Assembly (NCBI RefSeq): GCF_964204645.1
Contig: NC_134026.1
Location: 9,447,950 to 9,511,949, forward strand
Reading direction: 5' to 3'
Source: Tubulanus polymorphus
Lineage: Eukaryota; Animalia; Nemertea
DNA length: 64,000 nucleotides
Positions 32,998-47,709 of the stretch are shown piece by piece; within the stretch, counting starts at the first letter, position 1; each line of letters begins with the position of its first letter. A program made the position numbers and the translations under genes. The notes under the pieces are model-generated. The model made no database searches. It saw only the letters and a list, made by a program, of their open reading frames with translations, and was not told the origin of the DNA.

Positions 32998-33165
32998 CAG
33001 TAAACCTCGCCTTACCCAGACATGACCAACTCAAGACTTTCGACTAACTCGGATGCAAACGAAATCATTTTTTTGCTTCTTAACGTATCATCCTACCCTT
33101 CACTTCGGCTTTCCTCGGAATGATTTTATTAGTCCCAGTTTGTCCGAATTAGTCGAGGTTTACTG
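32998..33165. mobile_element. Tc1/mariner-type MITE in presumed RNF11 3' UTR
   Basis: TA|cagtaaacctcg ... cgaggtttactg|TA. Confidence 0.8.
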
Positions 33166-34026
33166 TATGTCGGCAATAATAATGAAATATCAGTAGTTCA
33201 ATCAATCATATAACATTCATTCATCATATCCGTTACAGGGTATTCAGATAATTTTACATCGTTCGTGAGGTTGTGTAGAATTCAAACAGAGAATTCCAAC
33301 AAATTTTCTATCACTGGTTGTAACTGAAAATGAAAAATGTATCCATCAGTGACCAAAAAATATTCAACATGTGACCCGAAATACAACCGATTTGAATTGG
33401 TATATACATTTGATACACACCGGTCTCCTTTAATGACAAAACAATCACTCATTTAAACTCATTCAAATCGCTTTTTAAATAAAACTTATTCGTTGTGAAA
33501 TTGCAAAATCTATCTGAATCTTAACCCGAGGGCCAGTTGTTGAGCAGTCGATGCTCATAGATTTAAGACTAGTCTAAGCCTAAGTCTAGCTTCTATAGCT
33601 GATCTAATAACTGAAGTTCAGAGCTTCTATAGCCAGCGACTAATAACTAGCCATAAAATAAGTAGATTTTTGGTCTGAAATTATCTGACTTGGCAAGTGG
33701 GTCTTCGCAACTGACACACATCCAGTTAAATGCATATACCAATCCAACAAGTACATTACAGGGGAGACTCCACACATGAAAAAAGACAGATCAGAAAAAT
33801 CTGATATTTATCCCCAGCATTTGTCTTATACCTAACATACAGTACACACACGTGGTTGGGTGTTTATAGACAAAGTCATCTCAGTTTTTTTTTATAAATA
33901 ATTTTCAACATGTACAATATTTACAGGAAAAAAAATCAAATAGTTTCTTTTCGTTCGATGAAAAACCATCATCCATTGTGTTGTTGTATTACAAAACGGA
34001 AATAATGTATCGTGCCCAGGTCAGAA

Positions 34027-37000
34027 TCAGTTGGAGTTGATGCTCGTTTCGTACGAGCTAAGCAACGCGGAATCCACCGGCTCCATACAGGATGGGCACG
34101 TGAACGAACGCATCAGCCAGTCGTCGATACAGTCCCGATGATATGTATGCATACACGGCAAATAACGCAATGAATCCCCTATAACAAATTCACCCATGCA
34201 TATCACGCATCTGAAAATGAAAGAGAAAATCATTATTTATCATTGGTAAATTCAACAGATCAGTACCTGCACACCACCAGATGGCATGATCGAGAAAAAT
34301 TTTGGTCGGTATCCTAGCGATCAAATCAAAGTATCTGTTAACCCTTTCAGTGAGTCTACACCGCAGTGGTGAGTCTACACCATCAGTGATAGATTTTGCT
34401 AGTACACCGCACCGCACTGCGGTGTATTGATGAAATTAGTAATTATCTCTCTTGAAAAATGGCAGCACCTGTCAAACATAGTGAAATACTAGTAACAAAC
34501 GATACACCGCGCTGCGGTGTAGACGCACTATAGTGGTATTCCTGTTATTAAACGCACTAGGGTGGAATTTTTAAAAAATTTCAAATTATCTCTAGCACTA
34601 TAGGGTATTAACTAGTCAGCACTGAAAGGGTTAACCTGTTTTGTAACGTCATATTATGTTCTTTTAAAAATAACATTCATTACTATTTCTCTGAAGATTG
34701 GAAGATTCAGAGAATACGTCAAAAATTACACTATCAATATCATCAATTTTGGGATTTTCATTATATGGTCCGAGTAGATGGATTTCTAGGGTCCAGTTGC
34801 AGTCAGGACTGAAGTCCAAAAAACTGGTCTAAAGTTGTAAGATTAGCGATATAGAATCACAATGGTCTAAAATCTAAGACATGACTGCACAACTGGCTCC
34901 AGATTCCTAATACCAGGGGTGGATCCAAGAATTCTGAAAAGGAGGTGTGCATTTCTGAGAAATTCCTCTAACTGGAGGCGAAACCAGACGTTTTGTAACA
35001 GTAGTAAAGAACTAATAAGTGTATTGTATGAAAAAAATGTTTAGAAAATTAGAAAGGTTAGATTATTTTTCAATTTGGAAAAAAAAAATTAAGGACACTT
35101 GGGTAAAAAATGGGGAACGAGCAACCCCCACGCACCCCCTAAATCTGCCCCTGAATTACGTTTATTCAAATATGGCATAAGATTGGCTATTTTTTGTTGG
35201 TAAGCCTCATGGAATTACTAAACAGATAAAAATTGTTGCAAAGTTTGGGTCCTATGGAAGGATGATTAAACATCAGAAATCGTGTTTCGAACACCACAGT
35301 ACAGTATAGAATATTCATCAAACTACGGAAACTGTTTGTTCATATCTATTTCGATTATCTGCCTAACTCATAAAAGAAATTAAATGAATCCAGGGTCCAG
35401 TTTTATGGAAAAAAATAAGAAGTCCATTTCTGTTTTGTGTAACTCGGCCCATAACTAATTCTTTCAAATTCAGTTTGACATTTCACAATCATTGGATCAC
35501 GGTATCACATGTTTGCACATTCTGGATTTACCAGGAACAAAGGGATAGAATTTTCTTTTTACACCCTCAACCCGCTGAGCGCCACGCAGGGCATTGAAAT
35601 TCAGGGGCAGATCTAGGAAGTCATAATGATACTTCTATCAGACCCAAAAGACTTCAATCGCCCCTAAGGTAGTCTGAAGACAGGCCTTAATTTCAGAACT
35701 TGATGGCATCAGTGGCAATTGCTGCTGATAAAACAATTGCTTGTCCTTATTGACATAATGCAGGAGGTTTATACATTGTTAACAATATTGTCTAACAGCT
35801 AAAAGTGCTTTCATCATGTGATCTGTCAGTCACTTGTTACATTGTATCAAAACACAGGCGTTGGTTTTAGTCTATCTACAGCTATGTGAAGCTAAGCTCA
35901 GGTCCACTTAGAACTCGATCATCTCGTTCTAAGAAGAGCAGTAGTAAACATGTGACCACTCAATGCTGATTTGTTTGTCGCAACGTCGTAACAGCACTTA
36001 GGTCAACTACGACTCTATCATCGCAGAGTCTAATGTGACGCAGAACTCGTCGCTGATTGGCTAAAACGAACTGATCGTAGAAATAGAACTTGTTCTATCC
36101 TTGCTATTAGGCTTAGGCTATGATCGGTCTGCGATCAGTTCGTCGGAAGTAAACTTATGTCGAAAAGGTTCTAGAACATTGCAGACCATTTCGACGAGAT
36201 GATTGGATCGTAAGTCGACCTGGCTTAGCTTAAGACATACCACACACACACTGCTTGAGTACTTAAGCCTACAGCCTATTCATTGGAGCAAAAATTCATA
36301 TAGGCTAGTCTTTATGAATTTTTGCTTGAAGGCATACAAATGAAGTAACACAAGAACACTGCACTGGAACGCAATTAATGATCTATTGCCTGCAGTGGTT
36401 AATTGATAAATATGAAATGTGGTGGAAGGAAAATTTATTAATCGATTAATAAAATTTATCTGTCATATGTTATCTTAAAATAATATGATTATGGTTGATT
36501 ATAGAGACTCTTTGACTCAATGATGGTGCAAAAGACTTGATTTGTACCGGCAAATTTGAAATGCAATTGGGGGTCCAGGGACATCATGACCACTTGGAAA
36601 GTGGTTTCAAATGCTCAACAATGTAACAATGCCAATATTCAACGCCCCCTGGTGACCATATGCCTCGGTACCAATATATAATATGGAAATACTAAGTTAT
36701 TCTACTATTCAACGCCCCCTGGTGACCACATGCAAAACCCAATGACCTTGGAACTCATCACAATCATAGTTATGAGCTACAACTTTCCAATTGATTGTGG
36801 TAACAAAATATGCTTAGGTATCAATAGCCTATAATGTGGAAAAACTTTTTTCAACCTATAAATGAGTACTGAGGACACATCAAGATGGCCGCCAATTGCG
36901 TGATAATAGGCTGATAAAAAAAAACCTGTCTTAGGTATTAAAGATCCCTTTCCATAGAATAGCCATCACAAAGTTCAATGAAAAGGCAAACCAGTAGGAA

Positions 37001-39646
37001 GCTACAGGACTCAGAATTAGGGCCAAAATTTACATTTTTGGACACAAAAAAGGTCACAGGACGGCCATCTTGAGTCCGATCGACTAAATTTTTCTTATGC
37101 TGATTCAAGCATCATTTATTACACGTTACTTCCGTGTTGTTGAAAATCTCGCGAGTCCTGGACTAAACCCCAATGAACAATGTGATCTGTGTGCTGGCCA
37201 CAAATGCACACAGATCACACTACACTACCCATTACATACTCCAGTACCCACAGCTTTCATATATCCATCCAAATATTTAGTGGCTTTCTTCCTGGATTCC
37301 GTCTACGGATGAACGGACAGTGAACGCAATAAGATTTAAGTCCCAAGTGGGCTGAAAATGATGTAGGTTTTAAAGCAGTTACTGTGGCAACCCACAGCAA
37401 CCTAATGATATGATTACTGTAGGTCAGATTTGCCCAAATTCAGCCATGGAAATTTGCCGAAATAAGACAAGACGTTAATTTGCTGAAAATAATTTGAAAA
37501 AGGCCAACATTTTGGAAACCCGTAAAATTCTGTAATGTCAATGTGAGTGCAGCTGAAGTGGGCCTAGATTACAAATTCCATATTCGAAGGCCACACCAAA
37601 AGAACAATATTTTGTCATTTCAAATAACTTTTTTCGAAATAAATTAAGATTGCCTACCGACCCCATTTCAAAGTTTTGGATGAAATAACTTTTTTCAAAA
37701 ATATATATATGGCGACCGACTACAAAGCTCTCCATTCTTGTAAATATTTTTATCTTGTTAATCAAATCGTGATACATCGGCACTGAGATCAACATCATTT
37801 TATTACACATTGGATTTAACAATTTAATTCTGGAAATGGTACAGCTGTGCTCAGACAACATAGCTTATCAGCCATTGATAGCGACCTTGGATTGTTAAAT
37901 TCCAGGAATACCATATAAAATATATTAAAGGCCTATTTAAGATTTTGATGTTATTCTTTTCATAAACAGTTTCCAAGTGTGAAATATGTTCAAAATATAG
38001 TTTTTTTTCTATAGTTTATTGTACAAAAACATCAACTTCCTTTTATTATTGTTGTCTTCTAACTGCTAATCTCATTTTTTACTGGAAATTTGGTCATGTA
38101 TAAAATTATCAACGACGACCTACCCACTATTAGAAGAATACGCGAAATTTCTTTTCTACAGAAAGAAAAATAATCCCTACCTACCAACCCATTTTGGTGA
38201 TTGATTGCCCCGCCTGAGAAACAGGATTTTTTTTGGTGTGGCCTAACAACCTTATTTTCTCTGGTGCAAGAATTCCTTTTGGATTGGATTTTGGAGAATG
38301 TTCCCTACGAAAAACCGTAAAATTACGTACTCTTTCACTTTTTTGCTGCCCCCGTCATAAACCCCTGTTGGAAGGTGACTAATCAATCCAATTCGTTTCG
38401 CAATTTTTATTTGTTCCTCTTCTGTGAGCATAGTCGCCGGTCTACTGATGTTCGGTGTCGGGTGATATACGGGTACGCTTTCCTAGTGAAAATACAAACA
38501 TGTACAATTAAAATCAACAAGATCAACATCAGCCTCACTAAGTATCAAGGCACAGCCGACAGACATTCAGTTGAAATATTTGTTGGAATCAGTCCAGCCA
38601 CAGAGCTCGGTTCTTTGGTCAAACACAAGACGGGATAATCAACTTTCCTATTGAATACCTTCGTAGGCCTATGCTTGCCCTGTCAGTTCATAATAGCAAA
38701 ATTACGGTAATTCAAAAGTCTAGAGAATGGTGGGATAATTTTGAATGCCTCACGTGACATTGTCAATCCGGTCTAGATCCACCAATGCTGATTAAAGCTA
38801 CTCAAAAGTATTTTCACGATACAGAACCCAACCAAGATGATTACGCCTGTCACAATAGGGTCCAGGAATGACCAAACTAGGATCTCGCAACACCATCATC
38901 AGATACAGCATGGAAATGCTCAATAAATTTTACGTTGGTTGCAGAATCATGTTTTCTGGTTAGTGGCGCACAGACAATGTTTCTTCTACCAACGGCGTGC
39001 GAATAGGGGCCCGGCCACCCCAACTTTAGCTCATAATCCTTTTTCTGGTTAACCTACTTTCCTTTTGTGAGCATTAAAGCCTGGCTAGGTTATAGAGAAT
39101 GAGCCACCTCATAACTCAGCAGAACAGGTTATTTGTTTTCATATAGTACTATCAAACGGTCAGCCAACTGCTAAATGTACAATGTCAGCCCTATAGGTTA
39201 TTCAGTAGACCCTATTGGTTATCCACAAAAATTTTGAATTCCCAAATAGTAAAATTTTGGTTCACTGTCGTTTATCAAAATATCTTTCTAGCTAACCACA
39301 ATCCTTGATGATAATTCGCCTAAAAGACAGGTCTAGTACCACCAAGACTGACTGACCTAGGGCTAGGCCACCTGATCGATGCTCTCACCCATGTCAAGTT
39401 GAAATAGAAATTTAGCCCTACGGCTAGACTGGTGACTGATTTGATGAAGCGAACGCACCTTGCCGTTCAATTAGCAGGATCAGGTTCAATTGATATTAAC
39501 GTATTATTAAATTCCGACGATAGCCCTACCTGATACGGAGGCGGGGGTCCCAAATCTGAAGCATCTTGATGGGAATCGCTTTGACTGTCGTTTCCTCTCA
39601 ACAAAGAAATGTCATCATTTGTCGGGGTCTTCAAACAGTTGCCCAT
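34027..39646 (-). CDS. RNF11: RING finger protein 11, 3 coding exons, 150 aa
   Basis: Exons 39646-39530, 38482-38331, 34210-34027 (453 nt). N-terminal MGNCLK myristoylation motif, DDISLL, PPPPY motif, LTEEEQIKIAKRIGLI, RING-H2 CVICMGEF...LPCMHTYHRDCIDDWLMRSFTCPSCMEPVD. Confidence 0.97.
34342..34630. mobile_element. piggyBac-like MITE
   Basis: TTAA|ccctttcagtg ... cactgaaaggg|TTAA; reverse-oriented relative of 62419-62703. Confidence 0.85.
36565..37358 (-). mobile_element. DINE-1/HINE-like element copy 2, chimeric with a Helitron 5' fragment (about 37103-37296)
   Basis: Reverse complement of the 57739-59011 family at both ends; internal segment matches the end of the 11035/17360 Helitron. 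Confidence 0.75.
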
Positions 39647-40534
39647 TGTTTCAGCTATTCTGGAACAGTGCCCACCAGTCAATATGTAGTAGACATTGTT
39701 TATTTTTTTTCAGTTTATTGCTATCGAAAGAGAAGACAAAGAAAGAAGAGTGGAAATCGTTCTTTCATTTCATTCTCGGGACTCGACGATTTACCACCTC
39801 CACAATAACACGAAACAATTCCGTCCGACGTAAAATATAGTCTTCAATCTACTATAAATACGATGCAAGAGCGCATGGTATGCATGCAAATGTTTGGTAA
39901 CTGTTTCGATTCGTATGATTACAGTTTTCAGAAATAGATGAATATCATTACCATGTATATATCGCGATGCGAGACCCTATTTACGTATTTTGATTGTGGC
40001 TTGGCGAGCGCATGAATACAAAACGTCAGATATAAGGGATTCCCCAGATTTCGGGTATTGAGAAATCGAGAAACCTCGGTGCAGCTATAGGGAGGCTCCG
40101 CAAATAGCCAAACCGTTACGACCCGTATTCGAGACCAAACCTCGAGGCCTGAGGCGTTTTTAAGATTGATTTGTCAAATCGATTAACAAAAGTTAATTTT
40201 TTGACGCCTCATAAAACGTTACCATTATGAAACCTAAACAATGTTAACCATTCAGCGTCATTTTACAAACGACAGCCGTAAATCGATGTGCAAAACGTCA
40301 CAGGTCTATGTGTACACAAACAAGCTATCTGGCAAAATATTATTGACATAGATGTAGAATGGCTTCCTGTGATTATATAATGACCTATATTTGAACGTCG
40401 AAATGTTATATTGCATTGAATATCATTAGAAGACGTATTGTAATAGTAAAGGATGTATGATAATATCAGAAGCGGCAGGCATAAATAGAAATGATAAGTA
40501 AATCGGATTATTCGGTTAAATGGCGGATGTATAC

Positions 40535-41471
40535 ACAAGCAACAGAACACTGAAAAAGGATAAACAGCTGAAGTGTCCATGGATAGCAAAAAAATTAAAG
40601 TGTGAAACCATTTTCTAAAAATTCTTGTTGGCCATGCCGGTGAACCGTGATATTTTTCAATAATCGGGAAATAATTCATGCTTCGTTATTAGATATGTTT
40701 CCTCGATGTATATTTTGGTCGCTGGCTGTGGTATGGAACACTTTGCTGTAGGCCCCTTAGACCAAGTCAGCAATTCTGGAGTGCCAGCAAATATTTTGGA
40801 GATGTTTGTTTGATAGCTTCGTCACTATCTTCCCATCCTCCCAATATTGAGAGTATGTGCTCCACATTTGATATCGAACCGCGATTTCAGAAAAAAATGA
40901 TAATTCCAAATTTCCAATACCAGTTGAATCTGAACTTAGAACTATGGAACTGGGTCCTTGATCCTTCGGGCACTGGCCTTCGTACGCGGCACCCCTTCTC
41001 CGCAATCGGCGTGGGACATATTATTTTTGAATATCTGACTTAATTTTCTAATGGAAAGCACATCACTTCTACATTACACCCATTCTCGAGTCAGGTGGGG
41101 ACTGAATAATTATTACATGATTATGGCAAGAAGATACATTTTAAAAAGATAAAAGACCTCAAGCTCCGCGTATTATGTGTAAAGACACCTTACGACTGAG
41201 AGGGAAAGTTTGAATCATTCTTTCTCATTTCATTTCATTCCACACACACGCGCGCACGCACGCATACAGTATATCATAAATTCATAATAAGGGATAATTC
41301 ATGATTTTTAGCCAGATCTTTATTTCTGCGGTGGATTCTCTTCTTTTGTCATCGGAGTAGTTGGCCCCTTATCACAGACTACCGTCGGAAATTATTCCTA
41401 ATTATCGGGCAATGTTTTGCCCGGGGAGATGTTTTGATAGAACTTATCTCCAAGGGTCGCTTGCCAGGATG
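40535..41471 (-). repeat. Inverted copy of the U4-array spacer (matches 47917-48903 and equivalents)
   Basis: Reverse complement aligns by eye along about 935 bp, including the (GCGT)n(GT)n tract, from catcctggcaagcgaccc to ttctgttgcttgt. Confidence 0.93.
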
Positions 41472-42571
41472 GAATACGCAAAAACCATCGACTTTTTCCT
41501 GTTGGTCAGGAAAATTGGACTAAAAGTTAAAAATGATCGGGAATTCTTGGAGGAAGCCTTAAAAGACAAAACTTTCAAGGCATGTGTTAAAAAAGCGGAG
41601 GATTTTACGCCGTTCAACTTTGGTGTATTCTGCAAAGATCAGGACTCTTTCGATCTTTTGAAGAATCACCAATTACAGATTAAAGATGCATCTGTAACGA
41701 TGCGCGCTCCTAAAGAAACACCGACAGTTTTACGAGTAGAAGGCGTTCCTTCGAACTGCCCCCATTCGGTCATCGACGAGATTTTGTGCAACTACGGTAA
41801 CATTCTAACCAAAACGTATCATCCGAATTTCCCGAAAACGGATATCGAGAATGCAAGTAAACGAGTAGTAGAAATGTCACTAGATAAACCGGTACCGAGA
41901 AATATCGCCATGAGATCAACAAACGGATTGCTACTCATACGCGTCTATTACCATGGTCAACCGGACCACTGTTTATTGTGCAACAACTTTAACCATACAT
42001 GGGTGCAATGTCAGGATGTAAGCTGCAGTCACCCAACGCATCCACCACATAAATGCAGACAGATAACGCACAGAAACGCGCAAAAAACCGGCGTTATGAA
42101 CTAAATTACCCGACCGCTCAGCAATCGTCAGCGATCAGCAAAAAATCAGACGATTCTGACAAACGTAAACGATCATCGTGTTCGTCATCCGATGATTCCG
42201 CCCCACAAACACCGAGAAAACGTTCCATCCAGGAGAAAGTAAATGATACCCGGATAACTGCGCTTCAGACAACGCTGCAGGCTGTATTATCTCAGCAGCC
42301 AAATGAAACTGATAAACCGATAGCTACGGCTGTCCCTGATGCTGAAAAATCTAGATCTCTCCCGAAACCGCTGTTTGAGGGCCTGCCAACAAGCCAACTA
42401 CAAAAAGACCAGGAGAAGGATACCAAACGCATGAAAGAACTAAATAAAAGTAAGGGGAGATCATCTACTTCCTTTCCACAAACCGCCGAAGACCCAAAAG
42501 CGGTCCAACAACGGATTAACGCAAGAGAGGAAGAAATAAATCGCCGCAAAAACAAAAATAAAAAGAACTGA
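41469..42571 (+). CDS. Tx1 ORF1 nucleic-acid-binding protein (RRM-like + CCHC zinc knuckle), apparently frameshifted near 42058-42104
   Basis: VLRVEGVPSNCPHSVIDEILCNYGNI...RVYYHGQPDHCLLCNNFNHTWVQC (CX2CX4HX4C) plus a partial second knuckle; the basic low-complexity C-terminus continues in another frame (42053-42571). Confidence 0.8.
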
Positions 42572-42788
42572 CTAGACGGAAAGAGAACTGTGCCAGAACA
42601 TTTACGGTGTTCTTTAGAACTTTCAGGGGTCCGACCTCTCAAATACGAATGGGAAACCGAAATACTAAATAGATTGATCGTGCGAACATCAGCTATACCT
42701 CAGAAAGGTAAAATATTGGAAAGCTATCTAAAACGATGTAAAAGTATGAGTAACACGCAGGTTAACTGCTCAAATTTCTTCTTTCAAA

Positions 42789-45700
42789 ATGAATGCCGAA
42801 AATATTAAAATTGCGAGCTTAAACTGTAATGGTCTCGTAACCTCTAAAATTAAAAGATTAAACATTTTTGATAGGGTAAACCGATACGATATTTTTCTGT
42901 TGCAAGAAACACATATTAAGAGTGATGAAGAGGCAACCAAATTTTTTAAAATTCTGATGAATGACTTCGAAATTATAACGAATAATAATGTCAATCGTGT
43001 TAATGGAGTAGCTATCGGCATAAGTAGGAAAATTGATTTTAAACTGATGAGTCATACTAAAGACACACAAGGACGTGCAATTTCAGTAAATTTATTAATT
43101 GGAAATGAAAAATTTAAAATCATAAATATATACGCTCCGAATAAAGAAAAACAAAGAAAGGAATTTTTCCAATCTTTACCAAAGATTATTAAAAAAACAG
43201 AGAGCGCTAAAGTAATTGTCGGTGGAGATTTCAATTGTATTGAAAACTATTCGCTAGATCGACAATCGGTCCATTCAAACCCTAGAATAACTATTGGCAC
43301 CGAACAGATCGGACAATTGTGTAATTTGTATTGTTTAGAAGATCCATTCAGGTCACTAAATCCCCTAAAACAAGGGTTTACTAGAATAACAAAGGTCAAC
43401 AATACCATAACTAGAACTCGAATTGATAGATTTTATGTTTCTCAATCTGTCACAAATGATGTAGAAACAATAGAACACCTTAACTCGATACACTCAGACC
43501 ACAAATTAGTGTCAATGACAATTCACACAAACCAACCTCAACGTGGCAAGGGGTTCTGGCATTTGAACAATGATTTGCTAAATAATGAAAATTATGTAGA
43601 CATGATTACAGACACGTGGAATAAGTGGCAAAGGCACAAAGGAGTTTATGAAAATATCCTCGAATGGTGGGATGATGGTAAAAAGCTTATTAAGTCTAAA
43701 ACTATTAAATTTGCATGTGCCATTTCTAGATCTAGAAACGAATTAAAGCGTAAACTCGAAAACGAATTATATATTTTAGAGAGTCGGGCAAGTAATGGTC
43801 AGAACTACGATTATAATAGATTGAAGAATATTGAAACCATAATTAAACAAATCGATGATAATAAAACAAAAGGGAAAATAATACGATCAAAAATTGAGTG
43901 GAGAGAAGAAGGAGAAAAAACATCGAAATTCTTCGCCAACTTAGAGAAAAGGAAAGGAAAAATTAACTATGTAAATGCGCTTTATAATGAAAAAAATGAA
44001 CTTAAAACTAATCAAAGTGTGATAATGGATATCAAAGTTAACTTCTATAAAAAATTGTACACCAAAGAACAAACAGACCCCTTTAAACAGACCTATTTTC
44101 TAGAAAATCTACCTCAAGTTCAAAACCCAGAAATGATTGATGGTCCTATTACGATTAATGAACTAACGGACTCGGTAAAATCTTTTAAATTAGATAAGTC
44201 GCCCGGTATTGATGGAATATCGATTAACTTTTATAGGAAGTTCTGGAATATTCTACAAGATGACTTCCATAAAGTAGTGTGCGAATGTATAAACCAAAAT
44301 ACGATTTCAGAATCTATGAAGATGGGCGTCATCACGCTACTCCACAAAAAAGACGAAAAAGCGCGTTTAGAAAACTGGAGACCAATTACTTTACTGTGTA
44401 GTGATTATAAAATAATAACAAAAACTTTAACAAACAGGTTAATCAAAGTAATGACAGATATAATTGACCCTGATCAAACATGCAACGTAAAAGGCCGGCG
44501 TATCCACGATAATTGCCATATAATTCGAGATATTATTCAATACACAGAAGACGAACATATTGAGGCATTTTTAATAGCCATCGACCAAATGAAGGCCTTT
44601 GATCGAGTCGACTGGTCCTTTATGTTTAAATCTCTTGAAGCTTTCGGATTCGGCGAAAATATGATCAAGTACATTAAAATGTGTTATGTTGACCCTAAAT
44701 CGTTGATAAAAAGTAATGGATTTTTAACAGTCCCTTTTTCCCTCGAACGGGGAGTTAGACAGGGATGCCCGATGAGCGCGTTGCTATACGTCATCATCGC
44801 TGAAACTTTATCAATAAAAATCAGGCGTAACGATGAGATTAAAGGAATTAAGTTGCCTGATGGCAGCATTTGTAAAACGAAACAGTTTGCTGATGACAAT
44901 ACCTTAACTTTAACCAGCACCAAATCAATTGAGGAATTATTCAATGTTTAATCTGATTTCGGAAAAGCTTCCGGTGCTAAAGTGAACCGCCAAAAAACGG
45001 AATGTTTATGGATAGGCGCCTCCAAAAATAGAACTGATACACCTTACAATCTTAAATGGTCGAACAAACATATAAAAATATACGGCATGTATTTTGGACA
45101 TGATGACATAGCTAAGTTGAACTGGGAACGAAAAGTCAGCACAGTATCAAACATATTAAATCAATGGCGTCAGACAAAACTATCCTACAAAGGAAAACGC
45201 GTAGTCATAAATTCATTTATTCTTCCTATATTATGGTATATATCAGAGATATATCCAATACCTAATACCTACATGGAAAGGATTCAGAACCAAATTAATA
45301 ATTTTCTTTGGTCATATGGAAAACACCATGTTAGGGCAGAGGTTATTTATAAACCTTTACGACAGGGTGGCCTAGCAATTAACAATATAAACTGTAGGAT
45401 AATAGCCCAGAGAGTGCGAACAATTCTATCTGAAATAAGGAAAGAAACGAAATGGAGACCTTTGCTCAATTTCTATCTCGAAAAAATACTGGGACCTGGC
45501 TGGTCATTACATTCCTTGATCAACGTAAATTTCGTAAATAAAGTAACTAATAACTTGTATTATAAAAACCTACTATCTGCATGGAAATATGTGATAACTC
45601 TTACCGAACCACAATTATCAAAGCACGATATAAAAAACAATTTATTATTCAATAACCCTTCAATAACTTTTAACGGCAAAACTTTAAACTACCCAGAGTA

Positions 45701-46604
45701 TTCAGAAATAGGACTAACAAATGTCAAAAATTTATTCGATGAATACGGAAATTACTTGGAACTAGAAAATTTTACACCAATTCTCGAAAACGCTAGAAAA
45801 CATAAAAGGATATACGAGGCGATTCCCAGAGAATGGCGCGTCATCCTTGGTGACGAAAGCTTAGCCGACACTAAAAAATCAGCTTTTACGGTAAAATTCC
45901 ACAATAAACAAAGACTTTTCATTAGTTTAACAATGAGGGAGTTATATAGTTTGATTATACATAAGAAATTCGGGCACATTGTCCCGATAGGACGAAGGAA
46001 AATCGAAGATTTCCTCAATGCAAACGATATCGACTGGGCCCAAATTTGGGAAGATAGCTATCACCCGATTATAGACAAAAAATTGAGTGATATGCAATGG
46101 CGTTTCCTACATGATTCGTTAGCAACAGCAAACAAACTAGTAACATGGCAAGTTTCAAATGATCCAACCTGTAAGGTATGCGGTCGAGCGGCCACAAATA
46201 GACATGTAATAATTGAATGCCCGGCAGCAATTGAACTTTTTTCTCGATTCCAAACTATAATTGACCAAATAGCGGAACAGCCAACTAACTTAGATAAACG
46301 AGTAATATATTTCGGCTTGCCTAGACAGATAATCAGAAATTCAAAAAATAGACATATATGTAATTATGTAATAACAGTTCTAAAATGGACACTGTACAAA
46401 AATCACCGTAAATCATGTGACGGGGAACAGCAAATAGATCTAAAAAACTATGCTAGGAATTATATTGTAAATAGATTAAAACAAGAGATTGCACACAAAA
46501 AGAACATACATTTGTGGACCCAAAATGAATCCCTAATTAAAATAACTGAAATGGAATTGGTAATAAATGAAATACTACTCGATACAATTTATGATATACT
46601 GTAA
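42789..46604 (+). CDS. Tx1 ORF2: AP-endonuclease, reverse transcriptase and C-terminal zinc finger; single in-frame TAA at 44949-44951
   Basis: APE motifs SLNCNGL, LLQETH, NIYAPN, GGDFN, RIDRFY, SDH; RT motifs KSPGIDG, NWRPITLL, DQMKAFDRVDW, GVRQGCPMS, FADD; C-terminal CKVC..H....C. The two ORF-track pieces share a frame (FNV*SDFGKASGAKVN). Confidence 0.93.
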
Positions 46605-46689
46605 GCTTTGTATACTATGTACTACGTATATTATTAAATGCTATGTATAGTATGTTTGTGTATTTTCCGACATGAATAATGTATTATTG

Positions 46690-47102
<413 letters not shown>

Positions 47103-47554
47103 GACTTGTTATTGATATGTATATAGACTTGTTAATTCTGTAAATGTGTATATATTGAAGAATGATAGACTATTTGATAACGATGTCTAGTATGTAAATA
47201 GGATTCTGTACCGATAACTGTATATATAATTTTTCAAAATTTTAAGAAAAAAAGATAAAAAGTACTGAAAAAAAGGAAAAAAATGTTAAAAAAGAACGAA
47301 AATTTTTTATATCCTATTTGGAAAGAGTAGAACAACCTAAAATGAAAAGAGATAACAGTTATTTAAGAACTTTCCCTCTCGGTCGTAAGGTGTTTTTACA
47401 CCTAATACACGGAGCTAGAGGTGATTTTTTTTTTTTTTCTTTTTAAACTGCATATTCTCGCTACAATCATGTAACAATTATCCAGTCCCCCACATGACTC
47501 CAGTGGGTGCGATGTAGATGTAATGGAGCTTTCCATTAGATAATAAAGTAAGAT

Positions 47555-47591
<37 letters not shown>

Positions 47592-47592
<1 letters not shown>

Positions 47593-47709
47593 ATAGTCAA
47601 TGAGGTTAATCCGAGGCGTGGTTATTGCTAGTTGAAAACTATACCCAATACCCCGCACTGGCGACCGCAAGGTCGACTGTGCAATTTTTCAAAGCCTCTA
47701 CGGGGGCTG
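47592..47709 (+). pseudogene. RNU4: 5'-truncated U4 snRNA copy (nt 22-139) disrupted by the Tx1 insertion
   Basis: catagtcaatgagg... identical to the intact copy from nt 22 onward; nt 1-21 and the promoter are absent. Confidence 0.92.

Noticed and set aside
41190-41210. ctgagag..gaaa as a hammerhead ribozyme core
   Set aside because: Does not match CUGANGA, and most homologous copies read ccgagag.
41361-41468. N-terminal 36 codons of the predicted 247-aa ORF1
   Set aside because: Begins at a TTG inside the inverted spacer copy; probably fortuitous open frame upstream of the ATG at 41469.
42080-42090. AAAAAAC as a programmed -1 frameshift site in ORF1
   Set aside because: The heptamer is not in the X XXY YYZ register of the upstream frame; a simple indel is more likely.
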